Source: Cyanobacteriota bacterium
GTDB lineage: Bacteria; Cyanobacteriota; Cyanobacteriia; Cyanobacteriales; Nostocaceae
Direction of reading: 5' to 3'
DNA length: 20,618 nt
Assembly: GCA_046045965.1 (NCBI GenBank)
Contig: JBJOKS010000049.1
Coordinates: 1 to 20,618 of the forward strand
A program made the translations under genes and the position numbers. This document shows positions 1 through 7,109 of the stretch, one piece after another. The notes below the pieces were generated by a model, which saw nothing but the letters and a program-made list of their open reading frames with translations, was not told the origin of the DNA and did no database searches. Every line of letters starts with the position of its first letter. Positions within the stretch are counted from its first letter, which is position 1.

Positions 1-1
1 T

Positions 2-367
2 TTGGGACAACAAAGATTTTTATTGCTTTACTTAGCTGCTGGGGTTTTTGCTGGGATGATGCAAATTTTCATGTACCCGAAGTTAAGTATACCTGTAATT
101 GGGGCTAATGGGGCGATCGCATCTATTGTAGGTGCTTATATTATGAAGTTTCCGAAGGTAAAAATAGATTCGATTTTACCTTTAATTATTATCTTTATTC
201 CTGTGGAAATTCCTGCTTTTTGGTATTTATTTTGGTGGTTTATTCAACAGTCATTTTATGGAATTGGTAGTTTAAATATTTCTGGTGGTGTAACTAATAT
301 TGGTTACTGGGGACAATTTGCTGGTTTGGTGACAGGTGCAGCTTTTATAAGAATGGTGAAAAGGTAA
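2..367 (+). CDS. Rhomboid-family intramembrane protease homolog, 5'-truncated by window edge, probably catalytically inactive
   Basis: Hydrophobic TM segments with rhomboid-like motifs FLLLYLAAGV, IGANGAIASIVGAY and IPAFWYLFWWF. GxSG reads GANG and the YWAH-type motif reads YWGQ. Confidence 0.85.
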   Translation: MGQQRFLLLYLAAGVFAGMMQIFMYPKLSIPVIGANGAIASIVGAYIMKFPKVKIDSILPLIIIFIPVEIPAFWYLFWWFIQQSFYGIGSLNISGGVTNIGYWGQFAGLVTGAAFIRMVKR

Positions 368-400
368 TTCTAAATTCTAAATTCTAAATTCTCAATTTTG
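366..400. repeat. STRR-type heptamer tandem repeat (AATTCTA)x3 plus 2 degenerate copies
   Basis: AATTCTA AATTCTA AATTCTA AATTCTC AATTTTG right after the stop codon. Confidence 0.85.
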
Positions 401-443
401 GTATAATATAAAAGTATTAATAATTAATTGCCACACTAAAGTC

Positions 444-1250
444 ATGTCAGAAATTATTGTTGCTGAACCTAGTGTGAAACTGCCACCAACTCAGGCAGAA
501 CTTCCTTATGATGATGGTATTCCCATGGAAACTCAACGGCATAAATTTCAAATGGATATGCTGATTGATACGCTATGGCCTTGGTTAGAAGCCAGGTCTG
601 ATGGCTATGTCAGTGGTAATATGTTTGTTTATTTTAGTTTGGCACAATTGAAAAACCAAGACTTTAGGGGTCCTGATTTTTTTGCTGTTTTAGGAGTTCC
701 TAAAAAAGAACGTTTGTCTTGGGTGGTTTGGGAAGAAGGTAAACCCCCAGATGTGGTAATTGAATTACTTTCTGAAAGTACCGCATCTCAAGATAAAAAT
801 GAGAAAAAACTGATTTATCAAAATTTGTTGCGTGTTCCTGAATATTTTTGGTTTGATCCTTTTAACCCAAACGATTTAGCAGGATTTTATCTCAATCGTG
901 GTGTTTATGAACCCATTCAACCTAATTCTGAAAATCAATTGATTAGTCAATCTTTGGGTTTAGCTTTGGTAGGTTGGCAAGGTAGTTATAGAGGTGTAGA
1001 AACAACTTGGTTGCGTTGGGCAACTTTAGATGGGGAACTATTACCTACAGGTCAAGAAATAGCCAATGCAGAACGCCAAAAAGCTGACGCAGAACGTCAA
1101 AAAGCTGAACAAGAAAAACAACGTGCTGAACAAGCAGAATCTCAATTAAGGCAAGTTGCGATGAATTTATTATCTAGTGGAATGTCTTTAGAACAGGTGG
1201 TGAATTTAACTGGTTTACCAATATCTGAGGTAGAAAAACTGATTGGTTAA
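444..1250 (+). CDS. Uma2 (DUF820) PD-(D/E)xK putative restriction-endonuclease family protein with C-terminal coiled coil
   Basis: LPYDDGIPMET..H, GPDFFAV, WEEGKPPDVVIELLSEST, VPEYFWFDP, WLRWA motifs; AERQKA heptad repeats. Confidence 0.92.
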   Translation: MSEIIVAEPSVKLPPTQAELPYDDGIPMETQRHKFQMDMLIDTLWPWLEARSDGYVSGNMFVYFSLAQLKNQDFRGPDFFAVLGVPKKERLSWVVWEEGKPPDVVIELLSESTASQDKNEKKLIYQNLLRVPEYFWFDPFNPNDLAGFYLNRGVYEPIQPNSENQLISQSLGLALVGWQGSYRGVETTWLRWATLDGELLPTGQEIANAERQKADAERQKAEQEKQRAEQAESQLRQVAMNLLSSGMSLEQVVNLTGLPISEVEKLIG

Positions 1251-1347
1251 AATTTGTTTTTCTGCCAATAAATCTAACTAACTTGATATCCTCGATTTTT
1301 TTACTTCTGTTCCGGTGTAGTTGCGAAAATTTTTGGGATAAATTAAC

Positions 1348-1374
1348 CGCAAAGTACGCAAAGTACACAAAGAC
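1348..1374. repeat. 9-bp tandem repeat CGCAAAGTA (2 exact, 1 degenerate)
   Basis: CGCAAAGTA CGCAAAGTA CACAAAGAC, intergenic. Confidence 0.7.
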
Positions 1375-1584
1375 AGGAAGGGGGTAAAAGTTGGGGATAT
1401 ATTTTTTTGACGCATGATTAAAAATTACTATGTATTGTAGGTTGCTTATATAAAATTAAATTCAAAAGTATGAATTTTTACTGAGAATTGTGTGAACCAG
1501 ATATAATTAGTCAATTTTTGCGAATAATCTGGGAATAATAAATAAGAAAGCTTATTGATTAGATTTAGGGAGTATTGCATCCAG

Positions 1585-2169
1585 ATGAAACTACAATCAA
1601 TGCCTGTGATGGGTGTAGCGATCGCATTAGGTACTACTGTTTCTTTGCATCAACCCAGCTACGCTCAAGCACAAGGATTTTATTGCGATCGCTCTACTGG
1701 TGTACCTGTGACAGTATACCAAAATTCTCAAGGTATTACTGAGCCTTGGATTAGGTGGACTTCTAATCATTTTCGCTACTCTGGTTACGATCCGATCACA
1801 CGTTGTCAAGAGGTAAGTGGTAGATTAGAAACCTATCGCCGTAATAAACAACTAAAATTGATTACCGTCGGGAGGATGAATGGACAAAATGTGGTTTGCA
1901 CCGCTAGTCAAGTTAATGGGCGTTGTGAAGGTTTGATATTTACCCTCAAACGCGGTCAAGATGCAGTAAAAACACTGACTAATCTCCTGGCATGGCGTGA
2001 GGGACAAGCGGGTACACCATCCCTCAGTGAGAGTGGTGCAGCACCTTATATAGATGTGAGTGGAAGGTTAGGAGAAGACGCAGACAGCACTACACAACCT
2101 ACCACACCTACCAATGTTCAGCCGACACCATCCCAACCCAGTTCAGGACGTAGTGGAGAATTCAATTAA
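1585..2169 (+). CDS. COP23 (circadian oscillating protein) domain secreted protein
   Basis: Signal peptide ending AQA, then FYC..GVPVT, IRWTSNHF..GYDPITRCQEVSGRL, GRMNGQNVVC, CEGLIFTLK. ATG at 1585 follows AGGGAG; the ORF track starts at TTG 1555. Confidence 0.88.
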   Translation: MKLQSMPVMGVAIALGTTVSLHQPSYAQAQGFYCDRSTGVPVTVYQNSQGITEPWIRWTSNHFRYSGYDPITRCQEVSGRLETYRRNKQLKLITVGRMNGQNVVCTASQVNGRCEGLIFTLKRGQDAVKTLTNLLAWREGQAGTPSLSESGAAPYIDVSGRLGEDADSTTQPTTPTNVQPTPSQPSSGRSGEFN

Positions 2170-2200
2170 TTGTTAATTAACCCCCTGCGGGTGGCACAAA

Positions 2201-3166
2201 GTGACTAATTGGCTAAAACTGGGACTGATAAGTAGTTTAGCGATCGCCTGTGGCGCTGCGCTCCGCGCAATCGCTCCATTATCTTTTTTTGATGGTAGCA
2301 ATGCGATAGCTCAAACAGTCCCTACCTATCCCCAAACAACCAAAACAGAACAGGGGAATATGCAAAGATTGGCACAACAAACTACGGTGCGAATCATTAC
2401 CCCTAATGCTTCTGGTTCTGGTGTAATTCTCCAGCGTCAAGGACAAATTTATACAGTTCTCACTAGCTGGCACGTGGTCGCTTTCAGTGATCAGCATACG
2501 ATTATGACACCAGATGGTCGGCGTTATACACCCATATCGCGCCAACTCAAACAACTGGGTAATACTGATTTAGCTATTACTCAGTTTCTCAGTAATTCTG
2601 ACTATCAAGTGGCAAGTATCAGTAATCAACCTGTATTAATAGGAGAACCTGTATTTGCTGCTGGTTTCCCCATGTACCAGGGACAGAGTTTAGCCACGAC
2701 TTTTGACCAAGGTATCAGGGTATTTAGATTAACCCGTGGTGAGGTGTCAGTGCTACCACCAAAATCTCTCGCTCAAGGTTATCGCTTAGGTTACACCAAT
2801 GATATTGCTGTAGGCATGAGTGGCGGTCCGATTTTTAATACCGATGGTTTGTTAATAGGAATTAATGGCAGGGTGAAAAATCGTGATCCAGATTTTGGGG
2901 TTTATGCTTTTGAAGATGGTACAGAACCAGCACCAGAATTATTAGCACAAATAGTTAATTCTAGTTGGGGAATTCCTATTAGTAGCTATTTGCAATTTCA
3001 TGATTTACCCCAATCTCAACAACCCGTTTTATTACCAATAAAAACGGAAAATAATGTGCGGTTAAATCCCCCCATTCCTCTGTTACAGAAACCAGAAAAT
3101 ACAGTTTCACCAGTTATATTACCGGAAAAAGCAGTAGGGGAAGTTAGGTCTACTTTATCGGAATAG
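2201..3166 (+). CDS. Trypsin-like (Trypsin_2/S1C-type) serine protease, secreted, no PDZ domain visible
   Basis: GSGVIL, LTSWHVV (His), DLAI (Asp), GMSGGP (Ser); signal peptide; Pro-rich tail. Confidence 0.92.
   Translation: MTNWLKLGLISSLAIACGAALRAIAPLSFFDGSNAIAQTVPTYPQTTKTEQGNMQRLAQQTTVRIITPNASGSGVILQRQGQIYTVLTSWHVVAFSDQHTIMTPDGRRYTPISRQLKQLGNTDLAITQFLSNSDYQVASISNQPVLIGEPVFAAGFPMYQGQSLATTFDQGIRVFRLTRGEVSVLPPKSLAQGYRLGYTNDIAVGMSGGPIFNTDGLLIGINGRVKNRDPDFGVYAFEDGTEPAPELLAQIVNSSWGIPISSYLQFHDLPQSQQPVLLPIKTENNVRLNPPIPLLQKPENTVSPVILPEKAVGEVRSTLSE
2240..2274. mobile_element. Small dispersed repeat (SDR-like) inserted in frame at a HIP1 site
   Basis: GCGATCGC-CTGTGGCGCTGCGCTCCGC-GCAATCGC: HIP1 and a degenerate HIP1 27 nt apart, enclosing the GC-rich hairpin TGCGC-TCC-GCGCA. 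Confidence 0.6.
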
Positions 3167-3210
3167 GGCGGTTTGTAAAAAATGTAATTTTCAACTTCAA
3201 GGAGTTGTTT

Positions 3211-4116
3211 ATGAGTTTTAGTTTTTCTCGGTTTAATTCTCTCCCTGGTTTGTTAACAGGAACAGCAGTAGTAGCAGCAATAGTAATTAGTCAACCAGCA
3301 TCTGCGAAAACCGCTAGAGAAGTGGCTAAAATTGCTGTACCAACAACGGTGAGAATTGACAGTTCCGCAGGTGCAAACGCTGGTGGTTCTGGGGTAATAA
3401 TTGCCAAAAATGGAAATACTTACACTGTGTTAACCGCTAATCATGTGGTTGCATCTCAAGCCCAAGAATACACGATTTATACTAGCAAAAAGAAAACTTA
3501 TGCTGTTACCTCAGTGCAAAGTTTACAGAAAACTGAAACCAGTCCAGATTTAGCAATTGTTAAGTTTGAAAGTGCAGAAGAATATTCTGTTGCACCAATT
3601 AGTAATTCTGATGATGCGGGAATTGGTACAGGGGTTTATATTTCTGGTTATCCGATGTCAATTGAAGACAAGAATGAACGGGAATATGAGTTTACAAATG
3701 GACAAATTACCAGTCGTCCTGATAGCAGACCTCAAGGTTATACCATGCGTTATGGTGCTTTGACTAGAAGAGGTATGAGTGGTGGTCCAGTGTTTGATGT
3801 GAGTGGTCGTGTGATAGGAATTCACGGACAAGGAGACCGTGATGGGGTAGTGAAAAATGAGTCTGCTGCTGGTGGACAAACAGAAATTAAAACTGGTTTT
3901 AATGCAGCAGTTCCTATTAATACTTTCAAAGAACTAATTTCTCAAGCTGGTGTGAAAGTTAGTTTTAAAGAAGATAATTCTGAAGTTGCAAATGTGGAAG
4001 CAACTCAACCCACAAAGGCTGAAGTGAAAAGTTGGGAACAGGAATTTGCGGCTGGGATCATTAAAAATTTGATTGAACAGACTGTTCCTCGAATTCTTCC
4101 TCGTTTTCCCTTTTAA
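3211..4116 (+). CDS. Trypsin-like (Trypsin_2/S1C-type) serine protease, secreted
   Basis: GGSGVII, LTANHVV, DLAIV, GMSGGPV, IGIHG; signal peptide ending ASA; AAGGAG upstream (start TTG 3205 or ATG 3211). Confidence 0.93.
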   Translation: MSFSFSRFNSLPGLLTGTAVVAAIVISQPASAKTAREVAKIAVPTTVRIDSSAGANAGGSGVIIAKNGNTYTVLTANHVVASQAQEYTIYTSKKKTYAVTSVQSLQKTETSPDLAIVKFESAEEYSVAPISNSDDAGIGTGVYISGYPMSIEDKNEREYEFTNGQITSRPDSRPQGYTMRYGALTRRGMSGGPVFDVSGRVIGIHGQGDRDGVVKNESAAGGQTEIKTGFNAAVPINTFKELISQAGVKVSFKEDNSEVANVEATQPTKAEVKSWEQEFAAGIIKNLIEQTVPRILPRFPF

Positions 4117-4123
4117 TTGGTAG

Positions 4124-4162
4124 GGCAATTACATTTTTTATTTGCGTGTAATTGCCTTTCTT
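4124..4162 (+). terminator. Stem-loop / possible intrinsic terminator or mRNA-stabilising hairpin
   Basis: GGCAATTACA (4124-4133) pairs with TGTAATTGCC (4147-4156), followed by TTTCTT. Confidence 0.6.
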
Positions 4163-4209
4163 AATTTCTTTATTTGTCTGAATAACTTTTAAAGATTGAG
4201 AGGTATATC

Positions 4210-6219
4210 ATGCGTCTTATTCGTCTTTTAGCTCTGGGAATTGCTGGTTTTATTGTTTCCTTTATTGCTGCTTTTTTCACTTCAGGTACATGGTTGAATA
4301 GAGCGATCGCCTCTGCTATGTGTACGGTTTTTAGCTTTAATTCGGCTATGTGTACAGTAGATTTAGGGCGATCGTCTGAGCGAGTAGTTGCAGCAATTCC
4401 TCCGGCTGTGGAAAAGACGATGTTTGATGGTTTGGGGAATTTGTTGGTGCAGCGTTCAAGGGAATTTGATGATGATCAACCAATAAATTCACCACCTGTA
4501 AGTAATCCACAAGCACCATCTTTTCCGCAAGATCCTGGAACTAACTTTACACCCCGAAGTTCAGAGTTTGATGATACTAATGTTGACAATGCAATACAAG
4601 ATGCTGCTAACCAGGCAGGACAAGATGTGCAAAAAATAGATAACGCTATAGATGAATATGCTAAACAAGCAGCAACAAATTCTGCTTGTGAATTTATGGG
4701 AAATTCCTCTAAAAATAGACTTCCTCTGTCAAATAATTCTAATTATAAAAAACTTAATCAGTCACCAGTTGAAAGTAAGCTCTGTAAGTACGATGGACGG
4801 TATGCTGTATTTGCTCAACATCCTCTTTTTCCAGGTGCAGATATTATTGAAACGGGACATCCATTAGTAGGTTTAGCGACCCAATCTTCTTTAAACAATG
4901 AGCTTGCTCATGAACATATATTCTTTTGTAATAACGGTAAAATAACTCGCAATGTAGGCTTTGGTCCCGATGGTCAATTCAGTTACTCTAATCAAGCAAT
5001 TACAACTGGTAGGGAAGAAAATGGAGGAAGAGTAGATAACTTTGAGCCTATTAACGATCAACTTTATGATACTGATATTATAAATAGCGTACTTGAGCAA
5101 AGTTATTCATGTAATCTTCAGGATAATCGTGGTTCATACGTCGGGTTAGGCAACAATTGTCAAAACTTTACGGAGAGGATAAGAAATAGATTTAATGAAA
5201 AGCTAAGAAAAGTTTGTAATAATAACTCACCAACATCTAGGTCATTAAAAACAGCAACAAGTTGGGGAGATCCTCACTTAGTCACCTTCGATGGCTTAAC
5301 ATACGACCACCATGCAATAGGAGAATTTATCCTTGCAAAATCAAATGATGGGACTTTTGAAGTACAAACCCGTGAAGCGGCTGTTCCTCGTACATCAAGC
5401 GTGGCATTAAACACGGCAGCAGCGATGAAAGTTGGTAATACTCGCGTTGCTTTTTATGCAGAAAATTTCCCTGATTCAGATACTAAAAATCCATTACGAG
5501 TTAATGGCAAACCTACTGTTATCCAAGGTGGTTCACTATCTTTACCTGGTGGGGGCAGTATTACTCAACTTAATCAAAGTTCTTACTTAGTGCAATGGCC
5601 AACTGGTGAACAGGTATCTATAGAAACGAGCAAGTTTGGCGGTTCTGGTTATGTGAATGTAAATCCTGGTTTACCAGAATCACGACAAGGACAGATAGTG
5701 GGATTACTTGGTAATTTTAACGGTAATCAAAATGATGACTTTAAGAGTCGTAATGGGCAAGTTTTACAACCACAATCATCAATAAAGCAGGTTAGCCAAA
5801 TTGCTCAAGGTTTTGCTAATTGGATACCAATTCCATTAAATCAAGTTGAGTCAGCATACCTTGATCAATTACATAAACAATTTGGTGATAGTTGGCGGAT
5901 TAGTCAATCAGAATCTTTGTTTGATTATGCACCAGGTAAAAACACAGAAAGTTTCACAAATCGAGCTTTTCCCAATGGGTATCAAATCCTGAGAATGCTA
6001 TTACCTCAACAGGTACAAATGGCTGAAAAAGTTTGTCGAGATGCTGGAGTACCAGCAGAACGTTTAGAGGGTTGTCTTTTTGATGTTGGTGCAACTGGAA
6101 ATGCTGATTTTGCTAAAGTTGCAGCTAATATGGCTACTAATTTCATTAAGAAACAACTTAATCAACAGATTCAGCAAAATCTTCCTATTCCGTTGAAAAT
6201 ACCTGGATTATCTTTTTAA
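4210..6219 (+). CDS. Secreted von Willebrand factor type D (VWD) domain protein with a central putative permuted papain-like (NlpC/P60-superfamily) domain
   Basis: N-terminal hydrophobic leader; VWD motifs SWGDPHLVTFDG, GEFILAK, GLLGNFNG, FGDSWRI, CLFDV; central HEHIFF..NVGFG..YVGLGNNCQNF. Confidence 0.85.
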   Translation: MRLIRLLALGIAGFIVSFIAAFFTSGTWLNRAIASAMCTVFSFNSAMCTVDLGRSSERVVAAIPPAVEKTMFDGLGNLLVQRSREFDDDQPINSPPVSNPQAPSFPQDPGTNFTPRSSEFDDTNVDNAIQDAANQAGQDVQKIDNAIDEYAKQAATNSACEFMGNSSKNRLPLSNNSNYKKLNQSPVESKLCKYDGRYAVFAQHPLFPGADIIETGHPLVGLATQSSLNNELAHEHIFFCNNGKITRNVGFGPDGQFSYSNQAITTGREENGGRVDNFEPINDQLYDTDIINSVLEQSYSCNLQDNRGSYVGLGNNCQNFTERIRNRFNEKLRKVCNNNSPTSRSLKTATSWGDPHLVTFDGLTYDHHAIGEFILAKSNDGTFEVQTREAAVPRTSSVALNTAAAMKVGNTRVAFYAENFPDSDTKNPLRVNGKPTVIQGGSLSLPGGGSITQLNQSSYLVQWPTGEQVSIETSKFGGSGYVNVNPGLPESRQGQIVGLLGNFNGNQNDDFKSRNGQVLQPQSSIKQVSQIAQGFANWIPIPLNQVESAYLDQLHKQFGDSWRISQSESLFDYAPGKNTESFTNRAFPNGYQILRMLLPQQVQMAEKVCRDAGVPAERLEGCLFDVGATGNADFAKVAANMATNFIKKQLNQQIQQNLPIPLKIPGLSF

Positions 6220-6330
6220 AAGGTAGTTAATTTTCGGTAATCCCTAATTTGACAGTGTGATCGCCATTTACCCGATTTTCAATCAGGCGATCGCCTATAA
6301 TTCTTAGTGAAGATGCCTTCCTCTCAAACC

Positions 6331-6555
6331 ATGAACAGTAAACTGATAAATCTCACCTACGAAATTGAACTCAAAACAGGCGAAAAGTTGATACTACCTG
6401 AGTCTCTATTGCAAAATATAGGAGAGGGACGTTGGTTAGTGACCATTCAACCATTAACAGAAGCAAAAGCAGTATTCACTTGCAGTCATGATGCCTTTCT
6501 TAAAGGTTATGTACCAGAAGATGAGGGGTTATACGATGACTATCCAAGCAGGTGA
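6331..6555 (+). CDS. Small protein, probable antitoxin of the downstream PemK/MazF toxin
   Basis: 74 aa from ATG 6331, acidic C-terminus AFLKGYVPEDEGLYDDY; overlaps the toxin start by 20 nt. Confidence 0.72.
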   Translation: MNSKLINLTYEIELKTGEKLILPESLLQNIGEGRWLVTIQPLTEAKAVFTCSHDAFLKGYVPEDEGLYDDYPSR

Positions 6556-6862
6556 ATTCTGGGTTGCAGAGATTCCTTTTACCAGTGGTACAAGTTCTAA
6601 AAAACGTCCAGTGCTTGTACTTTGGTTAGATGGTGATGATGTCATAGTAGCAGTAGTTACTTCTGCGCCCCCTCGTACACAAACGGACGTGCTTCTTGCT
6701 CACTGGTCAGATAGTGGTTTACTCGTTCCTTCCACTATCCGTTTATCCAGACTAGACTGTTTAGAAAAATTTTTACTGCTGAAAAAAATCGGTCAAATAT
6801 CTGAATCAGATGCAGAAAATTTAAAACAAGTATGGGAGGATTATGTTAAACCTCAGTTTTAA
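6536..6862 (+). CDS. PemK/MazF-family type II toxin (endoribonuclease)
   Basis: GEFWVAEIPFTSGTSSKKRPVLVL..VVTS..SGLLVPSTIRLSRL..KKIGQI; ATG 6536 preceded by GAGGGG. Confidence 0.88.
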   Translation: MTIQAGEFWVAEIPFTSGTSSKKRPVLVLWLDGDDVIVAVVTSAPPRTQTDVLLAHWSDSGLLVPSTIRLSRLDCLEKFLLLKKIGQISESDAENLKQVWEDYVKPQF

Positions 6863-6903
6863 TTCACTACTTAGCGATCGCCTTCATTGTGAAATTTTTA
6901 ATC

Positions 6904-6925
6904 AAAAAAAACTCCCAGTTGGGAG
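6904..6925 (-). terminator. Probable intrinsic terminator for the 1015-aa gene
   Basis: Minus strand CTCCC-AACT-GGGAG followed by T8; short stem. Confidence 0.5.
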
Positions 6926-6958
6926 GTCAAAATGTAGCTGAGAAACTTATAAATCTAA

Positions 6959-7109
6959 GAGGTTGTTTCAAAACTTTTTCATGTGGGATTTGACACCCGC
7001 AGATCCCCCTAAATCCCCCTTACAAAGGGGGACTTTGAGGAATTTAGCCCCCCTTATTAAGGGGGGTTGGGGGGATCTCGATTAATTCTGATACTTTTCA
7101 AACATCCTC
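6959..7109. mobile_element. MITE, 151 bp, imperfect 17-bp TIRs, TAA target-site duplication
   Basis: Left GAGGTTGTTTCAAAACT vs reverse complement of right GAGGATGTTTGAAAAGT (14/17); TAA at 6956-6958 and 7110-7112; internal CCCCCTT-NNN-AAGGGGG hairpins; no transposase. Confidence 0.8.

Noticed and set aside
6488..6535. Longer N-terminus for the PemK/MazF toxin
   Set aside because: The family motif starts right after ATG 6536, which has a purine-rich RBS; the extension lies within the antitoxin gene.
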